A stretch of DNA of 64,000 nucleotides from Trichoplax adhaerens (lineage: Eukaryota; Animalia; Placozoa). Positions 1 through 24,320 of the stretch are shown piece by piece (positions within the stretch are counted from its first letter, which is position 1; every line of letters starts with the position of its first letter). Position numbers and translations under genes: made by a program. The stretch lies in assembly GCF_000150275.1 (NCBI RefSeq), contig NW_002060954.1, positions 1,798,001 to 1,862,000 of the forward strand, in the 5' to 3' direction. Under the pieces are notes generated by a model. That model was given only the letters and a program-made list of their open reading frames with translations. It did no database searches and had not been told where the DNA came from.

Positions 1-232
1 ATCGTGCTAATGTCAAAGTTTGTTGTTTGCTAAGTGATTTTCTGCGATCTACTGGCAAGAAAGACAACTTTAAACGCAACTGATCAAAAGCTTCATTTAA
101 ATAATGCATTCGAATTCTCTCTCGTTCCGTAGCTCGGTGACGGCGTTTCATTAGGCGTTCTTGCTGATGACCTTGATTAAATTCAAGCTGCATCTGCGTT
201 GGTGTATCTTCAATACTTCGATTTCTCCGCAT
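1..232 (-). CDS. Class A bHLH transcription factor, Atonal/Neurogenin-related (partial; runs off the left edge)
   Basis: Missing from the ORF track. ATG at 232 with an in-frame TAA upstream gives MRRNRSIEDTPTQMQLEFNQGHQQERLMKRRHRATERERIRMHYLNEAFDQLRLKLSFLPVDRRKSLSKQQTLTLAR. This contains the basic region (RERxRM), helix 1 (LNEAFDQLR) and helix 2 (LSKxxTL). Confidence 0.9.
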   Translation of the reverse strand, partial: MRRNRSIEDTPTQMQLEFNQGHQQERLMKRRHRATERERIRMHYLNEAFDQLRLKLSFLPVDRRKSLSKQQTLTLAR

Positions 233-2476
233 AGTGTTTCTATTCGCTTTCTTAGTAGGTACGGAATCTCGTTTTAGTTATTTTCGAACTGCTAAAAAAG
301 TTGATGAGTGTTGATAAATTTAGCAGTGTTCCATCTTTTATAAGGCGTGACTATGAAGATCTGCTATCAAAAATTTAAGACTACCTGTACGCCTGTTGAT
401 TTATAGGTTACTTGAATTCTTTCTCAGTCATATAGATATGGGGAATATTCCGAATAGCTACAGGGTGTTAAATTATAATAATTATTTATTAAAATAAATA
501 TAAGATAAAATATCTCCTTACAACATTTTCAGAATGTATCACAAAGCGACAGCCTGCAATCAGCAAATTCAGTAACACAAACAATATACCGTATGAATGA
601 CTTATCTTCAGCATGTGTCTAGATTTAACAGTACACACTCTAAAATTCGTAGATACAACAGCATGGACGATTACATTGCAGTTGAATATGTAGTATATGG
701 TTTATTAACGCTAATTTCGTAATGTATACACATTGTTTACTGTAATAGATTAATGAGATATAAGCAATTGAAGTTCTTAACAAATTCTGGGATTAGTCCA
801 TATCATGTTGTTATATAAATACTGTAAATAGTAAGAAGCTACAGCTATTTCACACAAGGAATTGCTTACGTTAATTAATTATCAGTAAAACTCTGTAGAG
901 CCAAAGCAGTTGCATACATACAGTATATGCACGTGTATATTAGCATTAATGACATTCGCACGTTCGGTTCAGTATCACTAAATTATTATAACTAGCGATT
1001 GCCTCACGCACAATGAAAAGACTCGCTTGTACAAGCGACTAGTTTTCTATTCCCTTTTTTTATCAATATTTTAAATTGAAAGGTGATCGAGGAGTCTGTA
1101 GTTGTGTTTCAATTTACGCCTTAGGTTGCTAACGACTACGTTCAAAATTTATTCTTGCTTGCTACTGTTATGCAAATTAAACAGTCCAGGCAGCTGCTTG
1201 CAAAAATTACTCTTACTTGACTTCAATCACCTAGACGTCAAATATTAATGAATTTATGACTATGGAATACGCAACTGAGGTCCATGACTACCTTCCAGTC
1301 ACTCTTTGCTTAATTCGTTATCCACTTCTGTAGCATCATTAACGACTCGCAATGTTTCCGTATTTCATTAATCAGTGCTAAATGCAATGTTTATCATTTA
1401 ATTTTAACAACTTCTTATTCTTTGCATTTTGTTGTTTCTTGTGCAGCACGCGCTTAACGCCTGTTAACATCTTATTAGACACGCGTACAACTGTCGACAT
1501 TGAATTTATTTACCTACCAAAGGAATCACTTAAGATTAGGCGTAAATTGATGATCAACACGAAAGATTCATATTATTGCGAGAAACATAGTTGCAACAAC
1601 CATTCTTCCTCAAGCAGAAGGCATGCTATGCTAATATTTAACAAATCTGTTACCAACTATTTCAAACACAATCAACAGCATTAGCCTTAACATCGTTATT
1701 AGCGTCATTGCTTAAAATCATGTAGTAACAATTGTAATCGGAGCGTTTCGATTGCTAAAGAATAGGTTGTAATCTTACAGTTATTTGAATACATCTAACA
1801 ATTTTGATCTTTCCATTACTCACTAGAACCATCGCTTCTATTCAAGATCACAATATGGAATTTCAATAAAAGACATTGATGCGATTTCACATTGCCACAA
1901 ATTTTCGTGTCAACGAAGCGTTCATAAATAAATTGTTTGGATTTCATTTCATACTAACTAAAGCAGTAATACTGTAATAGGAATGTGATACTTTATAGAA
2001 AGTTTCCCATACAGTTATATCATACAAGGTTCGAATTAAAAGCTAATAATTTTTATAACGGCTATCTGTAAACACACCATACGTAGCTAGTCATGTGAAT
2101 AACGGTAACACCTAACATAAAAGAATAACTACTGTTCGAACTTGCTTAGCAATGCAAATGGTACATCAATATTTCATTTTTTAATATCAACCATTCTTTG
2201 GCACTAAAGTTTTCTGAATTTCAGACGTTTTGCACGTGGTATAACAAATTACGTAACAGTTCCAAAAAGTAATAAAAGCCGTTACTACAACTATCTCTAA
2301 GATACTAACATATAAATGTAACGGCATAACGGACTCTACTAACGTTATCTCGTTCAGTGACTGCGTTTATATAGGAATAGAATCTATCGTTGTTTAAATG
2401 CAGTCAAATAAATTTGACTACAACCATAGTTGATGCTATTAGTTAAAAAATGTTTCGGATTGGCCGTACTCATTTC

Positions 2477-7409
<4,933 letters not shown>

Positions 7410-8060
7410 GGTCGCTGAGGTATTAAGGTAGAATAAAATTAATTTATCACCATTACGATAAAAATAACTACGAGGATCTATGGGCAGGAAACTTCTCCAG
7501 TAGGGAGCGCTGTTTGAAAGGAACATTGAAAATATGGGCCCAGCACATCAGCGCCTGCGTACGTTACAGTACTGCCTTAAAACCCCCCCCCGTTTTTGTC
7601 CCAATCTACAGTCTCAACGGTCATGGCGGTACTGTGACAGTATATACTGTACACTGTACAAATCATGTCCATACACAACGCATTACCACCTGCGTCGTAG
7701 CAAAATACATGACCGAAATCAGCTTAAAATCATAGATGTAAGAAAATCCTCCTCCCCTCCAAAAACATGCCACTGATTTAGACTACTTATAGTATTCAAA
7801 TATTGTACAGTAAGGTATACAGTATAGTATACTATGATGGACTACTAAGAATGGTAATAGTCGTAGTATTCTAGTCGTCTATGATGAACAGATACTACGT
7901 AGTAGGTAGTATTGGACATTGCGTAAACGCTGTTGTGCAGCATGTTGACTGGTACAGTACTTGCATTGAACGTTCCAGTGGGCAGAAGCGATTACTCTGA
8001 TGTATCTAGCGTGAAAATATTCGTAGATGCAGGAACTTTATTATACATACAAATTAATTA

Positions 8061-10332
8061 ATGCTACGAATTTGCAGCATGGTAGTAATCACTTCCAATT
8101 TTTTATACGTTGCAATATTTATTATTTTAGTCCTTTATCTTAACAGCATCATAGTCAATTACAATTATGGTTGGCCTACGTCGCCGCCTTTTAAGCGTCC
8201 TTACTTACGAGCCTTAAACCCAATCAAGATCTTACAAATTAACAGAGAAATTCTTTACTACATCCTATCTTTTCGCCATATTAATTTATATTTTATGTGG
8301 AAAAAGTTATATAATACGGCCAAGCCACCACATTTATATAAGGTTGGTAGGTTGCTATAGACATGATAGAAAAATTTAAAATGTGCAGGTCATCTTAATT
8401 AAGCAACATACGGTAGTGAGTGGCAATATGATCGGCGCCATAAGTGATAAATAGAAGAGTTATACTGTATAGTGTAATAGCTTAGCATTACACTGCAATA
8501 ACCAAAATAATGCTAGAAGTTACTATTACTTCAAGGTAGACTTGTACCTAGGGTCAAATAGAAATTGTAATTATGACTAAAAAAGTGGAACTACCTATCC
8601 ATCTATAGGATATACCATATTCACTTAATGGATGCCGATTAGATATTCATCGTTCGGAAGAGAGTGTTCAAAATAACAATACGTTACGCCCAATAGTCAT
8701 CTATATATATGGTGGAGCATGGATGTTTGGCTCGAAGCAAATGTATTGTGTATTAGCTGCGAATTTAGCTAATTTAACAGGCTGCGTCGTTTGTTGTCCA
8801 AATTACCTACTGGTTAATAAGGTAAATTTGATGATCGATATGCAATAAAGCTACTGCTACTGTATACCCATGATGCGTTAGTAACCTTTTAATATTTCGG
8901 CCGATAACCTGATGTATAATTTATATAATTGATGATGTATGTTCTTGTACTAGTATATTCCAACACAAACATAGTCTAATGTCTTTTTTATTATGCAAAA
9001 TGTGCAATAGGGTAATGTAGTTCATATGCTACAAGATTTAAAGGATTGTACTCGATGGCTTATCGATCATGGGAAAGAATATGGAGGAGATCCTGTAATT
9101 AAATTAGAATTTATCGCAGTTGTCAATACCTTAATACGTCTAAATTTTACAAATAATTCAGGATAATCATCCTTTATTGTTCAATTTTTATTCCTAAATT
9201 TATCGTTAATCCTGCATTCAAAATTGATATTTACAGACTTGCACGTACAGTTACGCGTATTACTGAACTGGTTATAATTTAATCGATAGGAAAACATATT
9301 ATTCGTTGGACACTCTTCAGGAGCCCACTTATCCATTTTAAATTTGATAGAATTGATCAGCCAAAGTTATTGGAATACTGAAAGTAACAATATTGTACGC
9401 AAAATTAAAGGTATTACCTCAATCAATTCAAGTAGAGAGTTCATTCATTTTTAGTAAAATTGTTATTGAACTGCAATGTTTTTAGACGAGTAAGGCATAT
9501 ATTTTTTATACAGAAATAAAAATGTTTTATTCCAAGATCCAAGTGACATGCTGTAGATTATGTACATCAAGTAAATTGTTAATGTGAAGGCGCATACGAT
9601 ATTGCTACTCTATATGTCAATGATTGTAGTGTCATACACTGCACTATAATGGTTAAGTTATTAATAATGTGTAATAGACAACTGATGATATCTAGAATCT
9701 ACTGAAACTAAGAAAGTAATTCCAAAATCTTTTAGATATAACATCCTTTTTATTGTTAATTAGGCGTTATTGCACTAGCTGGCGTTTACGATATTCCACA
9801 ACACTTATTATATGAGATAGGGAGAGGTGTCGAAGATGTATCCGGTATGTATAGAGCTATGCTCGGTGTTACCGGTTTAAAGCGCTATTCTCCCTACTAT
9901 CTAGTTCAAGATATGCTATCAAGAAGTGAAAATACAAGCAGGTTTGATTTCACCTCGTGTGCTAGTTATTAAACGCAAATATCTCGTTAGCTGACTTTAT
10001 AAGATTTTCGATATCTTAAAACTTTATATTTATCTAGAATATGCAATATTTTTGGAATTTCTAATTTTAGTAGTCAAGAAAAAGACAGTAGTCTGTGGCC
10101 GCATATCATATTACTTCATGGAGAGAACGATACTACTGTCCCAGTCCAGCAATCTGAAAAATTTTATCAAGTCGTTAAGGAATTAGATGTTACCATTGAA
10201 TATTGCGAATTAAAGCACTTGGATCATACAAACTACATTATTGATATGATGAATGCCAACTATCAAATTCACAAGATTATCTCTGAAATAATCACGCCCA
10301 ATGTTCAGAAAATTATTCTTCGTGAACGCTAG
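8061..10332 (+). CDS. Membrane-anchored alpha/beta-hydrolase, prenylcysteine methylesterase (ICME/PCME)-like
   Basis: N-terminal hydrophobic helix. Exons give RPIVIYIYGGAWMFGSK (oxyanion loop), EYGGDP|ENILFVGHSSGAHL (GxSxG nucleophile), LAGVYDI, LLHGENDTTVP (Asp) and LDHTNYI (His). TAG at 10330-10332; AATAAA at 10421. Confidence 0.85.
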
Positions 10333-10601
10333 ATCTAAGATTAATTTTCATTGGACGTACCATATGAAATCTTTTAATTGTTTAAATGGCAATGTATTAC
10401 ATTAATACCAGATTTTTAGTAATAAATTAAAGTATTCTACACTTGCACCTAAAATATATGTGTACACGTGTATTTGCAATCGGTTACTGTAACAAGAATT
10501 TTTTATTCGCATTAATTGGATGTCCAAAATTATAATCAATAATCACATTAAATTACAAAATAATGGTAAAGCTGTTTCAAGTAGCCATAATTATTATACA
10601 G

Positions 10602-17648
<7,047 letters not shown>

Positions 17649-17964
17649 AATTTCAACACGACCGCAAGTCTAGTGTCCTAACTTCCGAGTATAATTAATC
17701 CAGGAGCTGCTCTTATTAATGATGCTGCGGTGCTTAATTAAGTAGCATTGGATGTTTAGTGCACTAATTCTTGAACGCCACAACAATATAACTAAGAATG
17801 AAAATGATTCTCGCTCGATTTCGCCATTTGCAGTAAAAAAATGTTCTAGAATTCACCATGTAAAGATAAGATAAATAGCGAAAGATGTGTGAATCTTTCA
17901 GTCAACACCCAAAAGTCTGAAACTAGTGTGCGTCACCCCCAAAATTATACCTTAATTGAATAAT

Positions 17965-18280
17965 AAATACTGTACACTGTATCATGTCTGTGCTGTTCTA
18001 CAGTATACAAATGTGTACAGTACGCTCCTGCAGTACAGTACATTTTGCGGGTCTCTACAGTTGTACAGTACTGTACTACTGTACTGTACTGTACAGTGTA
18101 CAGTACAGTATAGTACGGACAAATGCTGGACAGGGGTACCGTATTGTACTGTCTTAGAGGTCTGGTAGAGTGACACTCACTCGTTGACGTGTACAATAAA
18201 TGACTCTACAATGTACAGCACAGTTCAATACAGCATGTGGTTCAACCACTGACTCAATACAGTACTGTAGACTGTACCGC
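17965..18280. promoter_or_regulatory. Low-complexity TACAGTA/TACTGTA-rich tract upstream of HERC4
   Basis: Dense runs of tacag/tactg/gtaca pentamers 300-600 bp 5' of the HERC4 ATG. The same motif recurs near other gene 5' ends. A regulatory role is inferred. Confidence 0.5.
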
Positions 18281-18521
18281 CAACACGAGTGATGATGTCA
18301 CCAACTGGAATCATGATCACCGGTAGGATATCATTCCGGTACAGCTAGTTCTACGTAAAACGAAAGGCAAAATAACATGAAGAGGATTTTGCAGATCTGT
18401 GATGCCGACTGTATTATAATATACAGTATAATAATCATGTATATTGTACAGTATAGTACTAGGTAAGGATACAAGAATATCATAAACCAAATCTCCGCAA
18501 ACAATCGTCAAAACTATTTCT

Positions 18522-18716
18522 AGTACAGTAAAAGAGTAAAATCCTCAAGCTTTAAGCTTTACGGTGATGTCACCGATTACAAGGACGACACATCATGTTT
18601 GCGTCATCATATTTGTCAAGCAGCTTGTGTGACACAAGTATGATCCCATTCCGGCCCATGCACACTTGTACAGTATGGCAAAAGAGTAAAACTCTCAAGT
18701 TTGAGTTTTGCAGTGA
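18522..18716. repeat. Imperfect ~45-bp direct repeat pair
   Basis: gtacagta-aaagagtaaaatcctcaagctttaagctttacggtga (about 18523) versus gtacagtatggcaaaagagtaaaactctcaagtttgagttttgcagtga (about 18668). Confidence 0.7.
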
Positions 18717-19173
18717 AGGCAGGGGGAAATGAATGATTTATTAATGTATACCTTGATATCTTGATGATTTGCCATTTTGAGTTTGTGCAACGTTTTGAAG
18801 GATAAGATTAATAACCGTTATGCATGTACTGTAAATGCTCGCACACAGATTAGTGCGCAATAGAATAGTATTGACAGTAAATGACTTAAAATGAACTAGT
18901 TAAACATTTGAGTTCCGTCACTGGATCATGTTGAAGCTGAGAAGAGAGCTCGAAATAGTAAAGTATTGTTTTTCATTAGCTTTTGAGCACAACTGCGGCA
19001 TCACCTTAATGATCATATTCTGAGTATCCATGTTATCCAAGCATAGCAATATAGGGTTCTTAGTACGCAAGCTAACAAGAAAGTCTCAAACAGAGCTTCG
19101 CAATAGACATCGCGAACTCTATTACTTTTTAATCCATTCAATGTCGGCACTAGCTGAACGGTAATTAATGAAT

Positions 19174-19507
19174 TGATGAATCAGTCGTCTCTGAGGATTG
19201 AGTCTGATGCTTAAATTAACTTGACGCTGATATTACTATAAGAATAAAAAACCACAACACCCAATATACTTTTAAATCTGATGACGTTAGCCCAAAGGCT
19301 AGCGATGATCTCAGAAATACAAGCCAGTCCTGATATAATTGAGGGAATAACTAGCGATTCTCTGATGAAGAAACTCCAGCATGATTATGACTGATTCACC
19401 GATGATATAATTGAATTAATCAATTAATTTAAATGATTCTCAGCGGATAGTCTCTAATTTAAAGCGTGACACTACTCAATTTTCAACTCTTGACTGCTAA
19501 ATTCTGA
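19174..19507 (+). ncRNA. Candidate cluster of compact box C/D snoRNA-like units
   Basis: TGATGA at 19174, 19279 and 19363, paired with downstream CTGA/ATGA at 19227, 19330 and 19402 (another CTGA at 19504). One D-adjacent segment, ACAAGCCAGT, is antisense to the conserved LSU rRNA sequence ACUGGCUUGU. Decayed coding DNA is an alternative explanation. Confidence 0.3.
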
Positions 19508-19847
19508 TATATGGATTCAAATTAGTCCTACGTTTCAAGTCTGCATACTGTTTTTTTCAGCTTTGATTTTTTCTGAGTCGGTATGACGGTAGATAACTTG
19601 CGAAATATTAAATTTGAAAACCCTTTTTTTAATCTACAGTAAAATATATCAATTTCGAAAAGATAATGATTCATCGGTACATACAATCACAGTATACCTG
19701 TAAGTACGCGCAACGTATAAACTGATGAAAATTGTTTTATTCAAGCATACTGATCAGGCTAGAGTTTTACAGTTACGTTTTGATTTAATTGAGTTCATTC
19801 GAAATTTTAATTGATTTCAAACGCTGGATTATACATATGAACAGGAG

Positions 19848-20806
19848 CTACAACTTATCTTCCTCATGGATTACTGGAAGAAAATGTTTTCTTCTAGTAG
19901 TCCATGTCTTCCCCTACGAGGATCAAGTATAAGGTAACGATAATACGAGTAAGTAAGTATATGCAAATATCGAATCTACTGCATAAAGGTCCACAATAAG
20001 TAATATCGTTGTTACAAAGATAAAAAAACGAGAAATTTATTAATTGGTTACAATCTTGAAAGCGAATACATGTTTAATGGACAATCTCTATTTACGTCTA
20101 ATTTAAGACTAAACTGTTTCATGAAGTAATCGAAAAATATATATTCACACTTGTGAAGTCGACATTCGAGCAGGCATGATCTGATAAAATTTGCCCAGAT
20201 CAGGACGGGTTGAGTATTCATAGGCCTAATCATTCCCAGCTTAAAATGGCTTACAATCATAATGCTTTCTATTTTTTGCCTAATACCCACCAATGGCGTC
20301 GTCGAGAAAGTGGTCGATAATTTTTGTTTTCTCTAGATGAAGATGCTCCCCATAAAATCTGAAAATACGGATGAAATTGAAACCGGTAAAACATTGATAT
20401 GCAGTATAAGATATACCTATTAATAACTGTATGATCATACAATCGTTCAAAATTCTATATGTCGCTGGCTCACCTTATTGATGAATCTATGAATGCTCTG
20501 ATCATGTGTAGCCTTCGGATTAGACTCATCAGCAACGATATAATCACGATCATTATTTATATCCTCCGAATCGATGGACGCTTTAAGATTAATTCCGTCG
20601 TTGATTTGTTGATCTAATATATCTTCATCGCTATCTTTACGTTGTGTTTCCGATTCGTTGTCGTCACCGGCTTCGTTTACTTCTAATGCTCTATCGGCGT
20701 CTTCGTCATTTTCGTGATCACGATAATTAGGGTAAACAGGATCGCTACAGGATAGCGCAATCAAAGCGATCACACTCAGGACGACAACTGCATTTATTGT
20801 AACCAT
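19848..20806 (-). CDS. Secreted prepropeptide (signal peptide, acidic pro-region, basic/Gly-Lys cleavage sites), about 181 aa
   Basis: Exons 20806-20474, 20358-20287, 20225-20151 and 19913-19848, all joined by phase-0 GT-AG introns. Signal peptide MVTINAVVVLSVIALIALSCS. Probable 5'UTR intron 20970-20813; AATAAA on the minus strand at 19741-19736. Exons 3 and 4 are less certain than exons 1 and 2. Confidence 0.75.
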
Positions 20807-23143
20807 CTTATCCTTTAAGAGGCAACAAGAATCACTACATGATTATACAATATTTCATGCTATAGCTACATTTATAAATATCTAGTTTCTACTTATAGTA
20901 AATATTTATTTATATAAATGGTTAAACTAATAATCGAAATCAAAAAGCTTCGTTTAATACGGAAGATTACCTCTTTCTTGCTTTAACTTTTATCGTTCGA
21001 AATCGTAGTAATACGTATATAGAATAGCGAAGCCGAGACTACAACCGGCATTTATATCTTTTTAGGCCATATTTCATGAATATTACCTAGTATGAACCTT
21101 TCCCTAAAATTTCTAAAGAAAATGGCTTACAACGTGTTTGCCATTGTATTTAGTTTCGAAACCTCGTAAATTCTTCGAAAATAATCTATTCATGTAGAAT
21201 TATGTATTTAAATAAGTAAACAAGTTCATATTTACTATTTAAATTATAGAAAATTAATGAGATATCATTAATTCTGGCTTCCGATTATTAATCTATCACC
21301 GAAAATGAACAACCACATTTTTCTATGTTATTTTATTCTGAAAAGTGGCGTCTATTATAATTATGAATAAATTAATAGCTGATCATTCACTGGACTAAGT
21401 ACATTCGGTACTTTATTCTTTTGATGCATTCTATAGAAGAAATTTAAGTTCACTATAAATGTAAACTTGACTTGGCGCCATTAATAGCGATACATAGAAT
21501 GTAATTATACGTGTATGTAAACTAAAAGTGCTTTCGCTCGAAATGCATTTACAGTGTGTCATCTTAAAATTGCATGGTCTGTTTGCATGCCCTACTGCTG
21601 ATTATGTAAATATACAAATTTATCGCTGTTTAATAATTATAGTGGCATGGAAATTGCTCTATGGCTCACTATCGATAATAATTTCGATAAATATATTCAC
21701 TTGCTACTCGGACTATTGTGTTGATAAGAACGAAATGATGCATTAGCCTACAATATGCATGTCCCATGAATACTATGTTCTACATGCATATTTGACACTG
21801 ATCAAAATATGAGATTAAAATCTCTTCCTTTTTAGAATACTATACGTACTATATAATTATCAAGAAATTATTGATGTCAACGGTTATACTGGTACAATAC
21901 CTACACTATGCATGAAATATTAATGTTATCATAAACTTTTCTTGATTTCAGGCACAAGAAGGAAATAAGCCTATTTGATAAGATTATTCTTTGTTCCTTC
22001 ACTGAAATCATCTATACTTATCGACGGTTCCTATTTTTACGTATAAATTAATGCCCAATAAATACTATCGTATAGTAATAAGGCGTTTGCATACTCCCCT
22101 GTGGTTATTAATACAATTAATAATAGCATCGATGAATCTATCACGTAACAATAAATCTTTCGCTGGCCTAATTATAATTGCATTATAATTATCGTAGTTA
22201 TAAAAACATAGAAAGGTTGCTTTCGAAATCGTGTCAGGCTTAACAGGTAGCTTCTTGCTAATTCATTTATTGTCTAACATAACATAAGTATAGCACGGTC
22301 ACAATTGATTTAATATGAAGTTCTGATCACGCTAATCTTTACTCATTTCAGTAATTCGTATTTACTCATGAAATCGTATCTGTCGCAACCTGCAGCAGCA
22401 TCAAACTACAATGCTTGTATCCTGAATACCTTATCAAGCTGAATTTTTATAGGCCAATTTCTATAGCTGGAATATTATAAACCTGATACAGTAAGCAAGT
22501 TATTCGAATCTCATGTGCTATTGCTAAATAGCAGAATTATCGTAATTTATGTCCTCTATCCTTTCCGTATAGACAAAGGGCCTACTGTTGAGTATCGCAT
22601 TGTAGTTATTGTCTTTCGTACTAAAAATAGTAAGAATAATATATAGAGCTTTCCCATTTGACTACATTCTTCTGAAAATCAAAATACTCACAGGTAGTTA
22701 ACAATGAAATATTTTTACATGAGGCATAATCTATCCAATTTAGTCTTCAGGTGAATTTAAGAATAGTTTGTAAAAGTGACGATTACTATTACCGCCATAC
22801 CGGAATAATTTCAAAATTTTATCGAAATCAACTGAACGCAGGAGAACTTCTATAAAGATATCGCATTCATGCACATAGTTTTTATCCGCTGTAAAGCTAA
22901 TAGTGTTTCTTCTGATGGATTGCAATATTTATTCAGAGTTTATTGAAGACTGCTTGTATCAATTTTCGATTTATGTATTGTCTATTTCAGGGAAGTAGTA
23001 CATTAGTAAAATGATAATACTGTATATCTACGAAATTTAATAAAAATGAATTACTAATGTTAAATAATTACAGTTTTTAGTCCAGTAAAATGTAAGCTAA
23101 AAGTCATCGATTATTATAATTGGTACAATCTGATAATATTATC

Positions 23144-23164
23144 TGGCTGAAACCGTTTCAGCCA
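23144..23164. repeat. Palindrome/hairpin
   Basis: TGGCTGAAAC-C-GTTTCAGCCA. Confidence 0.85.
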
Positions 23165-23355
23165 AATATCATCGTGATAATACTCTACTTACTTGTACCT
23201 ACTACTGTACTGTACTGTAGTAGTTCTTTGTCCCTTGATAAAGTTCTCAATGTTTATTTTTATAAAACCTTATAATCGTAAAATGATAAAATAAATTCAT
23301 TCCTTAATTGCAAGGATATCGTGGCCCAACAAGTTATGAAAATGATATGAATGTA

Positions 23356-23637
23356 AGCATGGATTGCAATAAGTATGGCTATGGAATGCAAGAAATTAAG
23401 CAAATCTGTTGATTAATTACAGTTCATTCGTTTATCAGCATGGATTACAATAAGGATGGAATACATGCAATTAAGCTGAGTCGAATATTACGCCGTTAAG
23501 ACAAATCTGTTGATTAATTTCAGTCCATTCGTTCATAAGTATGGATTACAATAAGTATAGAATACAAGCAATTAAGCTGAGTCGAATACTACACCGTTAA
23601 GACAAATCTGTTGATTAATTTCAGTCCATTCGTTCAG
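23356..23637. repeat. Tandem repeat, 101-bp period, about 3 copies
   Basis: CAAATCTGTTGATTAATT recurs at 23401, 23502 and 23603; copies 2 and 3 are nearly identical. Confidence 0.92.
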
Positions 23638-23649
23638 GCAATAGCTATA

Positions 23650-24320
23650 ATCACAGTGGACATCATACCTAGGATAGTACACAGAAGGTATACAGAAGAG
23701 TATCAGATGTCCCTTGATCGTACAGAACAGTATAACCCTTGACTAATGTATAATACACTATCATCTTGAACTCGTCAATGGACTGAATTAGTTAGCAAGC
23801 GCAGTAGGGAAGCCTGACTAAAAATATCGCCAACTACTGGTGTTGTATTATAGAGGAGTAGACGATGCGTAGTTGCCCCTTAGATCCAGTTTGGATAGAA
23901 TTAATTTACTGCCGATGATGGTAGGGGAAAGTAAGGAAGGAAGTGATTGCCTACAGTAGTTGAAAGAAGATCATGGCGTAGAAACGTATGAAATTATATT
24001 AATGTAAGTATGACTGTAAGATATAGAAGATATCAACCAGGGGCTAATGGGATACTCTGGTGATTCATCCATGGACAACCTGCATGCAAAGAGTAGAATA
24101 CCAAGGACATTCAAAAACATCATTGGATATAGTGATGGACTTTTGTTATTTTAATAGGCCACCATGGAGTAAAACCAAGATAAATCCAATGATTAACAGT
24201 ATGACCGAGAGTAGATGATGTCTTGGTATTTGGATATTCAAAGCAATAGATAATAGAACCGTCATGCTATGAAGATTGTTCGGATCAGTTGAACGCACAT
24301 ACCGTTAAATCTATTTTCCC
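23650..24320 (+). mobile_element. Possible highly decayed retroelement fragment
   Basis: More G/purine-rich than its flanks. One frame near 24208-24245 reads RVDDVLVFGYSKQ*, resembling the Ty3/Gypsy reverse transcriptase YxDDILVFG motif. No intact ORF or LTRs are visible. Confidence 0.25.

Noticed and set aside
1382-1684. 100-aa plus-strand ORF
   Set aside because: No recognisable domain or coding-like composition; probably a chance ORF in intergenic or UTR DNA.
17945-18196. Three overlapping C/T/V/Y/Q-rich ORFs
   Set aside because: Translations of the TACAG/TACTG low-complexity tract.
18722-19430. Protein in a reassigned genetic code (TGA=Trp, TAR=Gln)
   Set aside because: The read-through translation resembles nothing I recognise, and neighbouring genes use TAA, TAG and TGA as normal stops.
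22360-22930. Possible exon or LRR fragments
   Set aside because: Short frames with stops and no consistent splice model or motif.
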